The position numbers and the translations under genes were made by a program. Below, piece after piece: positions 1 to 14,620 of a stretch of 64,000 nt of DNA (its first letter is position 1; each line of letters opens with the position of its first letter). The stretch comes from the human T2T-CHM13v2.0 reference genome, Homo sapiens. Location: assembly GCF_009914755.1 (NCBI RefSeq), contig NC_060927.1, one strand, 5' to 3'. The notes under the pieces are model-generated. The model saw nothing but the letters and a program-made list of their open reading frames with translations. It had not been told where the DNA came from and did no database searches.

Positions 1-2803
1 GTGCAGAAAAAGAACAATATTTCTCATGAACTTACATGCAAGAATCCTCAACAAAATTTCAGCACATCAAACCCAATGATGTATATAAAAAATAATATGC
101 TACCTGCAAGCAGGATTATTGAGATATGCAAAGCCAATGTAACATCCATGTCAAATCAATCAATGTAATCTACTATATCAACAAGCTGAAAATGACAACT
201 CATATGATCATATTAATTGACTCAGAAAAGGCATTTGATAAAAAACACCCTTTATAATTTTAAAAATACAAAACTTCTCAGTGCATTGGGAATGGGAAGT
301 AACTTCTCCAAATTGATAGAGACCATCTACAGAAACCTACAGGTAACATCAAACTTAACAGGGAAAGTTTGAAAGCTTTTCCTCTTAAGATCAGGAACAG
401 GTAAGGATGTCCACACTGACATTTGACAAAGTGTTAAGTTTTAGTCAGGCCAGGAAAAGAAGTAAAAGGCATACGGGTTACAAAGGAAGAAGTAAAACTT
501 CCTATTTTCAGATAACATGATTGTGTACATAGAAAATCTCAAAGAATCTACACACAAAAAAATTTCCTAGAACTAATAAGAGAGCTCAGTAAGGTCACAT
601 ATACAAGATCAACACAAAAACCATCCTATTTCTCTACCTTAATAAAAACAATGAACCTATGGTAACTGAAATTTAAAACATAATACAATTTATAATTGTT
701 CCAAAGAAATAAGCCTAACAAAACATGTGTATATAGGCTGTATTTGCTGAAAATTACAAAATGCTGATGAAGGAAATCAAAGAAGACCTAAATAATTGGA
801 GAGACTTACCATGTTCATGGATGAGAAGTCTCCACAGGGTAAAGGTGTTATTTTTTTTCAAACTGATATGTAGGTTTAATATTTATATATTTAATAGTTA
901 TATATTTAATATTAATATGTAGGTTTAATTTAATATGTATGTATAATAATACCAAACTGTGTTTAGGTTTGATACAATTCCTATAGAAATATCTGCAAGA
1001 TTTGTGTAGAGTATTCTAGAGTTTACCTAGGAAGTCACAGTCCCTAGAATAGTAAGATGATCTTAAAGAAGAATGAAGTAGAAGGAATCAATCTACCCAA
1101 TGTTAAGGCCTATTATATAGTAACAGTACACAAGAGAATGTGGCATTAGAAGAGAAATAGACATATAGATTAATGGAATAGAATAGAGAACACAAGACAT
1201 ATACCCACATACATACACCCAACTGATTTTAGACAAAGGTGCAGAAACAATTCGATGGAGGAAGGATATCTTTTCAACAAATGGCTCTGGAGCAATTGAT
1301 CATTCACAGACAAAAACAAACAAAAAACAACAAATTAACCTTGACTCAAACCTCACAACTGAAACAACATTTAACTCAAACGGATCAAAGACTTAAAACT
1401 ATACAACCATGACATTTTCTGAAAAAAAAAATAGATGTGGGGAGAAAATCTTCAAGATGTAGGGCTAGGCAAAGCGTTCTTAGGCTTTACATCAAAAATA
1501 TAATTTGTAAAAGGAAAATTTGTTAAAATGGATCTCATTAAAATGAAAAAAAAAGAACCAAACCTTTTGCTATGTGAAAGACTCTGTTAACAGGATGAAA
1601 AGATAAGCTACAGATTGAGAGAAGATATTTGCAAAGCAGATGTCCACATGTCCACAAATATATAGAGAATATATAAGTAATTCTTAAAACTCAACAATAA
1701 ACACAATTGAATTTAAAAATGGGCAAAAGCCATGAATAGACATTTTACTGAAGAGGATATACAGATGGCAAGAAAGTACATGAAAAGATACTCAGTGTTC
1801 TTAGCCATGAAGGGAATGAAAATTAAAACCACAGTTAGATATCACTATACCTATCAGAGTAACTAGAATAAAAAATAAAAAGAATAAAAACAGCAAATAT
1901 TGGGGAGGATGTGGAGAAACAGGATCACTCACACATTGCTGTGGGAATGTAAAATAGCACAGGCACTCTGGAAGACAGTTTGACAGTTTCTTCTAAAACT
2001 AAATATGTAACTTCCATATTACTCAGCAATTGCATCCTTGGCATTAATCTCAGAGAAATTAAAATTATGTTCACACAAAAGCCCCATACAGAAATGTTCA
2101 TAGCATCTTTATTTGTAATAGCCTAGAACTAGAAACAACCCAGATATCCTTCAATGACTGAATGGTTAAACAAACTGTTCTATGTCGCCACTATGGAATA
2201 TTACTTAGTAATTAAAAAAACAACAGCAATCTATTGATAGATACATCCAAGAATGTAAATGAATCCTTGAATCTTTAGGGAGTCATGCTGAGTGAAAAAT
2301 AAAAAAGCCAATATCAAAAGAACACATACTTCATGATTCCATTCACATTACTTTCTTGAAATGACAAGTTTAATAGAAAGAGAGAACAGATTAGTGGTTG
2401 CCAGGGGTTAGGCATGGGAGTGGGGAGAGGTCATTGTGATTATAAAAGGGTAACATGAGGGCTCCTTGTGGTGGTGGAACTGTTCTGTGTCTTGATCATA
2501 TCAATGTCAGTATCCCTTGTGATGTTATGCTGTAGTTTGTAACATGTCATTGAAGAATACCAGGTAAAGAATGTGTGGCATTTCTCTTATTATTATTATT
2601 ATTATTATTTTATTTGTAAGACACGGGGTCTTGCTGTGTTGCCCAGGTTGGACTTGAGCTCCTGGGCTCAAGTGATCCTGCTGTCTCCACCTCCCAAAAT
2701 GCTGGGATTACAGGCGTGAGCCACCATGCTTGGCCTCTTTATTATTTCACACAGTTACATGTGGATCTATGATTACCTCAAAATAAAAAGTGTAATTAAA
2801 AAA
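1..2803 (+). mobile_element. Old LINE-1 (L1M-type) fragment: degenerate ORF2 3' half plus 3' UTR
   Basis: A-rich + strand with recognisable L1 ORF2/3' UTR phrases (gactcagaaaaggcatttgataaaa, agatcaggaacaggtaaggatgtcc, cccagatatccttcaatgactgaatgg, gattagtggttgccagggg); ends in aataaaaag..aaaaaa near 2800. Subfamily by eye only. Confidence 0.85.
2588..2735 (-). mobile_element. Alu monomer (FLAM-like) inserted into the L1
   Basis: (TTA)n tail, then reverse-complement left-monomer sequence ending cccaaaatgctgggattacaggcgtgagccaccatgcttggcc. Confidence 0.85.
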
Positions 2804-5800
2804 TAATCTGCAGTAGGTGAGAAATTCTTGAAGAGAAGCTTTATCAAATTAGTGTGAACGGTTGTATAATGCATGTTAGGTTGCTTTAGTTATATAAAAA
2901 AGTACTGATTGTGGTTCACTTTTTAATGACAGGAAGTTTTGATGTTCTTACCGTATGTGTCTTTTTATTTGGAGAAAAGCTCAGACGACAAAGCATTTTT
3001 TTTATTAGTATTTGGGGATATGTTTAAATAATGCTGAGCTTCATTGCTTGAAACCTTAAACCAGTTTCCATTTTTACCATAAATTCAGTGTTGGGCCATG
3101 TTCATTTAGGACTTACTTAATGGCATGTGGCAGACAGTAGCAAATTCATGAAAAGCAAAATAGAAATTTACATCAGCTTCCCTAGCACCAAATTCCTAGG
3201 GTGGAAAAGTCAGCACCCAAAACCTTACACTGGATGTTAGGAGTCATCCCCTCTCCCCAGCTATCTCCTCTAGGTGTCTTCCGTGAACTCTGATTGGTTC
3301 TGCTAAATCAGGTGCCCATTCTGGAGCCATGATTGAATCTCAAGGGGTGGGGCAGCCTAGTCAGCAGCCTGGTTCAGGTGCCTATACCTGTGGCTGAGAG
3401 GCAGGCCTTTGCTGGGCAGACTTGCCTGGTTTTCCGAGGGAAAATGCTCTGGGCAACCATGCCAGTGCCTATGAGATAGATGTTCCATAGAAGCATGAAT
3501 GAATGAATGAATTTGAGTAGATAAGCCACCTGGGAGAGGACTGTGGTTGAAAAAAGTTTTTTTTTTTTTTTTTTTTCACATCACTAGAACATCCACAAAA
3601 CACTGAAAACAAAAGCATCAAACTCATTACATTTTAATATAATCAGGGCCATCAGAATGAGATTGTGGGTGAAATTATCTGAGTCCAGGGTTGGCAGTTC
3701 TCACTGTCTCATTCTGTCTAAACACCCTGAATGGAGCTTTGAGTCCATTTTCTCACATCCTTTGTGTGATGGGGATGGAGAATTATGACCTTCTGTATAA
3801 ACCTGTGTAGAACTCGCGGTGTGATCATCGATGCTAGTCTTCTGTCCTGAGTTAAAGGAGTCTGACTAGAATGTGCCAGATCCTTTGGGGTGTATCATTC
3901 TTTAATCAAAATATTCATGTGCATGCTGACAAGTTCTTATGACAGCCAAATACCCAAGATTCTTTCCTGCCCGTACCTTTCATCTTAGGACTGTTTTCCT
4001 GGTGGCCACTGCAGTGTTAACTTCAAGTTAATGAAAGGGCGTGAAGGGGCTTCTAGAAGGTGACAGCTGGGATTATGATGTTGTGCACTGACAGCCAATT
4101 CTGGTTTCACAATACTCGGGTGACCCCCTGAGAAGTCAGAAGTAGATCATTTAAATTATAACAGCCTTTGATAAACTCCATTTAAAAATGTCGAAGAGGT
4201 AGTGAGAGGATCTCCATGAGTCTTAAAACAGAGGAAAGGTTAGGGTGAAAGTGCTGGCCTTGATCAAACTGAGTTGTCCTGGAACATAGATTTTCGAGAT
4301 TTTGCTTGAAATAGCCCACAGCACACCATCCCTGAAGAGGGGGTCTTAAAATTCTGTTAGGTTTTTGGTTTTGTCTTTTAAAGCTATTGTTTACTGTCTG
4401 GAGAGAGTTTTGCTTTGCTGTTTTATGTTCCAAATAACTGACTTCTTTTTTCCTTTAAGGAAAAAGAAACCATGACAAATTGGGTGAGCCTGGAGTTCAA
4501 ATATAGAATTTAAATGAGAAAACTCTCATCCTAATCTACTACAGACCTTCTGAACCATTCATCAGACCTTAAAATGAACCTCCTGTGGTCTGTCTTGGGG
4601 GAGTGTAGGGGAAGAGAGTGAGGAAGGAGAATGATATGATTTTTCTCTGGTTTTATAATGAAGATGTCCTGAAATCCACTGAATTTCATGGCTCTGTTTA
4701 AGATTCATTTGCAAATATTTGTTGCAAAATCAGCCCACCTTAGAAACCCTTGTAACTTTCATCTTCTTTGGCAGTTTTGATCTTTTCTTGTGGGATCAGA
4801 AGTCACTAAAACTTCATAAACTAACAAAAGTACACACCAGAGTTGCTGGATTTTCCCCAGTACTTTTCTTTCAGCCTGAGATTTGTCAATGGAGGCACTC
4901 TGGATTCTAAAACTTCCTACCTTCTCTGGCCTTATAGGTATAGAATGTACAGTTTGTGAGTGATACTGGGGTGAGGGGTATGTTATGAATCATAAGCAGA
5001 AAGTAGCCCTTCTGCACATGGGCAAATGTTGCCTGCTGAAACACCTAGGGAGACGAAGTTTGCAGAGAGAACAAATACCCACTTTTATTCAATTCAAAAC
5101 TAATAAAAGATAGTAAGAGTTGCACTGCTTTTTAAATGTCATGAGTACATTAAAAATAACTTACATAGAGAAAAATTGAGAACAACCTACATGTAAATAA
5201 ATTCTAGATCCAGTATAATTTAACGTAATTTGGCTCTAAATTACAAGAATAAAGTAGGTTTATATATATTACCACAAAAGAGTGATAATCATATATGGTT
5301 AGATAAAGAAACACATGTAAATTTCAGAATAGTATGGTTCATGGCTTCTATTTTGTTTGCTTAAAGACAGAAAGAAAGAAGGAGAGGGGAGGACAGTGGA
5401 GGGGAGGGGAGGAGAGACGAGGAAAGAAGAGAGGGAAGAATAAAGGAACAGAGGGAGGGAAGGAAGGTGAAGGATTCAGGAGGTACACCTGATATATTTC
5501 TCCACTGTTAGCGTGTCTTTACAATGAACCCCAAATCCTTTCACAATCATAAAGAAAATATTTTAAATAAGTAGTTTCCTAATATTGAAATTAATAAAAA
5601 TATTTAAAAGAAACTATTTTTGTGGGTCTGTAAGTGCCAGTTGTTTTCCTGTGATTGTGAGGATATAACTTCTGCTGATTTCCAGGTATGTTTCTCCCTT
5701 TGCACATGAGCTGATTTGTGCTTATCCCTTGATAAGCACAGGCAATAGATACAGCTACATTTTAAATCCATATCACCTTACTGATTTAAATAAATTATAA

Positions 5801-6149
5801 TGCAGCTATTTCACAGTGATTCAAATGATGCATAATGCAAAATAGTTCCTAATTCCTGCATAGCAGCTTTGTAGAGTTAAGGCTACACAAGTGATCTAGG
5901 GACTGTTTCTATGCGAGATGTAGTACAGAAACTATGCTCAATTCTTTTTTTATATTATACTATATATTTTTATCAATTTGATGAAATGCATTTGTTTGAA
6001 AATAACCAATATACTACTGGGGAACTAACACGATTAGCCAGTATATGCCAATAAATTGTTTGGGTTAAAACCATTAATATGATACAAACATTTTTCATTA
6101 ATCTCCACTTCATTATAGTGTGCTAATTGTGAATTCTTTGTATGAGCCT

Positions 6150-6378
6150 AGATAAGATGTTAGCAAAATTTTTTTGTTAAGGGCCTGATAGTAAATATTC
6201 TAGGCTTCGTGGGCCATACAATTTCTGCTGTAACTACTCAGCTTTACAATTGTAGCATGAAAGCAGCCATGGGTAATACGTAAATGAGTGGGCATGGTTA
6301 TATTCCAATAAAACTTTATTTAAAAAAATAGGTGGCAGGCAAAATATGGCCCTTGAGTCTTAGTTTTCCAATCCCTGG
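6150..6378. mobile_element. MER58A-like hAT-Charlie MITE
   Basis: gtaaatattctaggcttcgtgggccata...gtagcatgaaagcagccat...ccaataaaactttattt resembles the MER58A consensus as recalled. Confidence 0.75.
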
Positions 6379-7292
6379 TCTAGACTGTGGACAAGACTAG
6401 AAGGAGAAGTCTGTTATTAAATAAATAACATAACATTAGCATCAGGTTAAAATCTTTCTGAAAGGTGAACATGGGAATTGGTAGTTGAGAGCATGACTAG
6501 ATTGGGTAATATTCCTTTACTCTTCTCATTTCAACTCTTTTGGCAAATGAGGATTTGGGGTGGATCTTTCCTTAGACTGTCTACCTTCAATAAACTTGCC
6601 AGTTAACCAATTTCTGATTTCTCTGTTCATCAGTGTTTAACTGGAGGGCAAGAAGACTTGGATATATGTTGTAAATAGAGATAGAGATAAGAAATAATAT
6701 CAATAATAAATACAGCATTTTGCAATTTAGAAAATACTTCTTATTGGATTCTCATGATTATTACCAGTGTCATTTCCAACTTTTACACCTGGGGTCCTGG
6801 GCCCAGATGTATTTGTCAGCTGAGTTGACAGAAGACTAGATAGACGGAGAAGCTGAGAGAGTTTAAGAGACACATGCGGGTATACACAATCAGTAAGTGC
6901 GCAACCACATCATGAATACTCATCTGAAGATTTCAAATACTATCCTATTATCTTCACTATCTGAGCAGGTAGAGTTACCTTTCCGGCATGGTTCAACCCT
7001 ATGTCATTCTTCTAAAGATTTGTTCTATAGAGTAAATTCTAGTTCAGATTTGTGTTTTAAAAGAGTATCACTGAATATGATGTGTTGGGACATTTATGTG
7101 ATAATGTATCCTTATGGAGCTGTGGTGCCCATCTTAGTAGAAAGGGCACAACTGTTTATATGTATGAAGTGTAAAGTGAAGACTAATACAATAGTTAGTT
7201 TGTCATTTATTTCTATCCATCTGGGAATCTCTCGAGGTTGTTTTATCTTGGAATTCTCTGTGGCTGTACATAGACAGGTCTGCTGAAAGCTC

Positions 7293-7301
7293 TGTGTGTG
7301 T

Positions 7302-7340
<39 letters not shown>
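7293..7340. repeat. (TG)n microsatellite
   Basis: Directly visible. Confidence 0.95.
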
Positions 7341-7343
<3 letters not shown>

Positions 7344-9937
7344 GTTGTGGATATGGATGGGTGTCCATACTCATTGGTTCTGCCACTTAGCCAAGGAGAC
7401 TAATCAAGTGAAAAGCTGGCTTACTGTTGCCTGGCAGTGACCTGGTGGTTGTGCCCCTGCCATTTCTCCCCAGTTCCTACCAAGGAGATGCTATGGAGAC
7501 TGAGACTGCTGCTTGTAAACCTTGTCCTCTGGTCCCCTGCTTTCAGTGCCCATGCCTTTCTTTGCCTGTGACAACTGCTTGGGTCCCAGCAGCACCCATG
7601 CCTCACCTGAGCATCCTGTCGACCACACAGCCTGCCCTCTTCCTGAGGCTTTTTCCCTGGTACCCTGTCTTGATATCAGTTTTGTGGAGCTTTGGGGTAG
7701 CACTAGTGAAACAGAGGTAGATATAAGAAATAATATCAATAATAAAGAGCACTAAAACTGATTTGATTGATTTGAAACTGATCAAATCCTGAGACTCAGG
7801 GGGAGTAGTATGTTCCCAGATACAGTTATACCTTATCATAAATGTTCACACCTCACATACCCAGAACTCACCCATCCATTCACTACTTGGACTACCACAG
7901 AGGAGCAAAGCCATTTACTCTATATAGGGCCCCTTGAATGCCACTCAGAGCCCATTTACTCTTACTTGGCATACAATTTTAACCAATTTGGCTATTAACT
8001 ATGAAGGGAAAGCAATTAGGTGGGGAGGGCGGGGGAAGAAGTATCCAGAGACAGCTTTCTCTTTCAGCACTCCTCATCCCAGGAATGGTGCCACTGTGGA
8101 TCCAGATGCCAAAACCTACACCTACAAGCCATTTTAGGTCCCTCCTTCAGTCTCCAAGTCCATTGATTCTCCCTCCCCGGTAATCTCCAGTCCCCGCCCC
8201 CCATATCTAGTCTAGCTGGCCCTCCGCAGTTACTGTCATCATTGTCTTCTCCCAGCATCTCAGCCCTGGCCTTGGTGCAGAGTTCCATTCCGCTGGTCCT
8301 GACCTCCAGTGCATGTGCTTCCACATGAAGCAGATAGGCCTGTGGAAGCACAGCTGCTTAGAGGACTTCCCTGCTTGCATTTCATCACCTTCCCCTTGTT
8401 GTTAACACAATGGCAAACTCCCTATTAGTACCTAGAAGGGGATACATCCCTGTTTGCCCAGGGGTTAGTCTCCATATGTATGGGCTCTCACGGACTAGTT
8501 AGTAAAAGCACTGCCCTTCACTGTCAGAAGCGTCCCAGCTTGGATGGTTGGATCATTAGGCCCCCTCGTCAAGCCCTGCATGATACGCCTTTTGCTTGTG
8601 GGTTCTCATCTCTTGCTAGTATGACCTCTTCCCACCCCTGGTCTCCACCAGCTTTCTCTCTTCGTCTTTCCTGATCCAGCCAAATCAAAATTCTTCTGTT
8701 CTTGACTTCACCATGCACCTTCTTAAAACCAGACCATTGCATATGTTCTTTTCCCTTCTCTGGAACGCGCTGTTTCTCTCCTTCCTGTTCTCCCACACTC
8801 CTTCTTCGCCTGGTTAACCCTTTCCCATTTTCTGATCTCAGATAAAATAACATTCCCTTTAGGAAATCTTCCCTTCCCACCTAACAAGGGGCTCAGTGGC
8901 CCCTGTGGTCTTCCCATGAGGCCACATGTGACCTAGTTTCTCACTGCCCTCCCCACAGGCCAGCATCTCATGGACAACATTGTGGTCACCACTGTCTCCA
9001 CGGCACACAGCATAGGGTCAGGCTCTCCATAGATAGCATTGAATGAAGGAAGAAAGAAGCACATCCCAGCCAATCAGTCTCCTGGCCAACCTCATCCCCT
9101 ACTGCAAGGTTTTCCCTTTCCACCTGAGATAAAATCTAACCTTCTTTCATTAGGGTGAGGCCTTCTTTCATTAGGAGGAGGCCTTGCTGCCTCTCTGTCT
9201 ACTAGCCAGTCTCTGATCTTTTCCCACTGTGGGCACCCCACACCCTTTCCCACCTCCTTAGGGCCTCAGCACCTTGTGAGATCTCAGCTGCAAGGTCATC
9301 TTCCCTACCTCCCCTTCTCCATATCACCTTGCCCTGATTTTTGGGAGCCCTTATAACAGGCATTTCTTTCTTTCTTTTTTTTCCACTTGCTCCTTGACCT
9401 CTCTCTCCCACCTTCACCCCTGAAAGTCTCAGTGGGCACTTGTACTCTTGTGTTTTCTCTGCTGCATCTATTAAAAGGGTGTCTAGCCCATCGAATGGGC
9501 TTAAATATTACTGACCACATAGGTAAGTGAATGGATAAGGAAATACTAGATTTCTTGTCCTGCTATAGTTTAAAATGGTCTTGAGGGTAAAAGGAAGAGT
9601 GATGGGTGGGAAAACTGACAGCTGAAAGAGTAGGAGCTGATCGTGTGGTATTTGGGGAGAAGGTGAAAAATAAAACCATGGATAAAACAACCAAGAAAAA
9701 TAGGAACCCTAGATCCCGAGTTGTCTAGGGTTTTGCTATGTTATAGCAACACACATATATCCCATTGCAGTTACTGTTCAGCATGACAATTTTTAGTCTT
9801 TGGGGTGAATTTAAATTCTGTTTTGGTGGGAGAAGGTAATTTTAGAAATGGAAATGCCTCATGGTTAAGATTTAGGTTACTGCAGCTTTGAGTCTTAGCC
9901 ATGGTGACCAGCCGTGGGCACTGGTTGTGTCACATCA

Positions 9938-10457
<520 letters not shown>

Positions 10458-13185
10458 TTACTCAAATAATAATGATGATGAGTGCTTTATTGAGAGGTGT
10501 TTACATCCCAGATGGTTCGAATACAGAAAGACAGAGGATATAAAGGATACAGTGCAGTATCAGAACAAGCCTTTCCCAGGACATCTCTCCCAGGAAGATG
10601 AGTCCTTCTGTATGGAGTTCTCATGTGCATACCTTAATACCAAGTCCTCTACCTTTCGACATTTTTAATGGAAACACCCAAACCACTAAGTTAGAATGTC
10701 CTGTTCATGATTTCACAAATATTTAGCTAATGATAATGGGGATTTTAGAATATGGCACAGAAACAGGTCCACACTTTGATTCACGCTCGTGTCCTTGGCC
10801 ATTGGTCAACATAGTCTCTGAGTAAAATGCGGTGAAATTACCCAGAGTACCTGGACCACTCTGCAGACCACTCCAGAGACATGTTAGCAAAACACCGTTT
10901 GTGATGCTCTGGGTTTTCGTGGCCAGCATCTAATGTCCAAAGAATTCTGGTTTTACACTAAAATTGATGTTATTTTTATGGCAGGTGACAACGATAGGAA
11001 GATATGAAAGAAAATGCAACTAGCAAGAGGTCCCACCGTGCATTTTAAAATCGCGCCCTATTGAGTTGCTTGCAGGTGCGGCCGCCTTGGCTGTTATATT
11101 TATAACTGACTGGAACATTGTGAATGTGATCAGGACAACAGGAATATAGTCACGCCATCCCCTTAAACTCGGGTTGCCACTCCTGACTTTCCACAGCCTC
11201 ATCTTGCCTTTCATTTGTTCATCACATACTCTGAGGGAGAGGAAATCAAACCCTTGGATCTTATATTTTATATTAGATGAATCTAGAAAGACTTGCTCAG
11301 AATAAAAAGCTACTTGGAGGAACCATATTAAATCGCTATTTTTGTAGATCAAAAAGTGGTCAAATGTCGGCAATTTCATGTGAATACAGCCTGACAACTC
11401 AGTGTTTCTGTTAGATGTTGCTATGGTCAGGCCCTTTATTGGACAGTGACCTCAGGTGTAACACATTAACCCACATGCTCCCCAATTTGTATTGTGAATT
11501 CCATTAACAGGGAGCTGAGCTTGAGCATACATGAGTTTCTGTTTTTTCTTCCCGGTGCTTCACGTAAATAAATAAAATAACTAATTAATAAGGTGGGGGG
11601 GAGGAAAAAACCTCTGGTAGGCAAAACGGTGGTCTTTCACATGCAGATTATCCCATCAATGCGGGGAAAAGCAGCCTTGTTTCCTTTTCCTGCCCTCAAA
11701 CTTTAATTATTTCTGTGGGATTAAACTGTTGCTTTTGCTAAACCTGGTTAAAATGAGCTTTGAGAAATCACTGAAGCTTTTAGTGCCGCGTGGCTTCACT
11801 CTGCTCGTTCCTTAGGTCTGGGTCTCAGTGCCAGGACATCTGAGCCTGCCAGGCACACGGGCAGACCCTTGGGTGGCTGCCAGGGTCTCTGCCTCAGCTG
11901 TGATCCCTGAGCCTGGGGAGGACCATCCAGATGCCAGGTCCTATGTTGTGCTGGCCAAGGGACCTGGCGGCATAAGTCTGCTGGCACAGCCTGTGCACGG
12001 CCCCGGAGTTTTTATTTTTTTGCCTGAAACACTTTCGGACTGGAGGTTGGAGCTGAAGGCATTTCCCAGGAAGGAGCTGTTGTCTTGCCAGAACGTTGCC
12101 AGTTCTGCGGTTTCAAGCAGTGTTCGACGCACCTTCATGGGGTTGGGGGAGATGAAATGGCTTGGGTAGAAGGTCTGAAAAATAGTGGAAGAAACCTCCT
12201 GCAGCTTTACTCCCACCTGCCTAAACCCTCTGAGTTTCCCTCACTCTGGGTCATGTTGCTAATTCAGGAGCAGTCTCTTCTCCATTAAATTCATCCACTG
12301 CACAAAGCAGAAGGTATTTCTGCTTGTGTAACTGCCTCTTTCTTATCCTTAGAGGGAGAAGATGATCCTCCATCGGTAACACTTAAAAGATTAGCCTTAA
12401 GTCTAGCAGCTTTCGTGGGTATTTGCTACAAACTCTTGCTGGGTCAAGCTGGATTGACTTCATTGAACAGCCAGCTGGGTCTTGCAGGAGAACATGCAGC
12501 ACAGATCAGTATGCCCCGGTTGGAGCTGAGTTCTCATTAGCATTCCACTCAGGGGTCAGGAGCTGAGTTACTGGCTTCTCCTCAAGGACCACTTTGGGGA
12601 TCTGCAGATTGCTGAGTAACCAAGATAATGCGGTGTGCTGTGAGGCAATGAGGGAACTGACTATTTTTAAATAGAGAGCCTCCTGCTGTACTTGTTTTTG
12701 GCTTTTCTTCCTCCCCAGTTGTCATGAGCCTCCTGCGCTCTGGCTTCATTATGTGAGCGTCTAATGAGCCGGGAGTGGAAGCTGTGGGTCTCGCAGGGAG
12801 CAAACATTTCACCAGTGCAGCCCGGACCTAGCTTCTGGAGCCATCCCTGTCATGACACTCCCTGAACCTGCACTTGATCTCGTTGCCCAGACATTTCTTC
12901 AATTTTGACTCACTTTCATAGATATCAGATGTTTTGTTTTGGGTTTTCTTGTGACGTCCAGATCATGTGCCCAAAGTCTTGCAATCGGAATTGCACGATC
13001 CAGAGTGGCTAACCAAGACCACAGTCTTGCCACATTTCCATTGTTAGACACACTATGCTGGAGGAGACTTGGTCGACATTTGACTGTGCATTTTGACTTA
13101 TTTACTTTCTGAAATCCCATTCTGCTTATCAAGTTGGTGGATGACCAAAACTTGGCTGGGCCTAAGAATCTTAAAGACAACATTG

Positions 13186-13492
13186 TTTTGTTTTGGTTTT
13201 CTTTGTAGAGACAGTATCTCACTGTGTCATTCAGGCTGGAGTGCAGTGGCATGATCATAGCTCACTACAGACTCAAACTCCTGGTCTCAAAGGATCCTCC
13301 TACCTCAGTCAGTCTCCTGAGTAGCTAGGACTACAGGTGTTTGCCACCACTCCAGGGTAATTTTTGGATTTTTTATAGAAACGGGGTCCTGCTGTGTTGC
13401 CCAAGCTGGTCTGTAACTCCTGGGCTCAAGTGATCCTCCTGCCTCAGCCTCCCTAAGTGCTGGGATTATAGGCATGAGCCACCATGCCCTGG
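13186..13492 (-). mobile_element. Alu (diverged, AluJ-like)
   Basis: Reverse-complement dimeric Alu, from the T-rich tail to ...gagccaccatgccctgg. Confidence 0.9.
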
Positions 13493-14104
13493 ACAAGATT
13501 TTTAAAAGTATGATTCCTGGGCCCACCCAAAGCCTGCAGGATCAGAACCTCTCAGCCTGGAGGCCTAGGATGTTTTTAACAAGCTTCCAAGGGAATCAGT
13601 CTGTTGCAGTCTGTCCACCGACATAGTATTAGACACTATTGGGATCTAACACAACCCCAAATCTTATACCCCAGTCACTAGTAAGAAACTCTAGCAATTC
13701 TGCTTGGATTTGTTTGAATGTCATTACATGAAACTTCATGAGCATGTGCTTCTGGAGTCTGATTTAAATGTTTGACTCATTTTTGGAGTTAAAATATTAA
13801 ATAATTTCATGGTACGATATGCCTTCTAAACATGTTTATTTTTTGCTGATGTTTGACACTGGCTAATTTTAATAGCTAGCACATCAAACTAATAGTTGTG
13901 AAGGACTCTGTGCCCAGTTGCCAGTTAAAGAAAAAAAATACTGTTTTCTTATTTGAGCCTTTGAGGACACTGGGAAATAAAACCAGGCACTGATAAACAC
14001 TGGTAGGCATTTATGTAGAGAAAAAAATGTCCATAAATGCACACAGTCCTCCACCACAGTGCCTGGTTCCTGTCCCTGTGTCTGCAGCAAGCCATAGTTG
14101 CCAT

Positions 14105-14620
<516 letters not shown>

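Noticed and set aside
9140-9186. Short tandem duplication ccttctttcattagg x2
   Set aside because: Ordinary slippage-size duplication with no supporting context.
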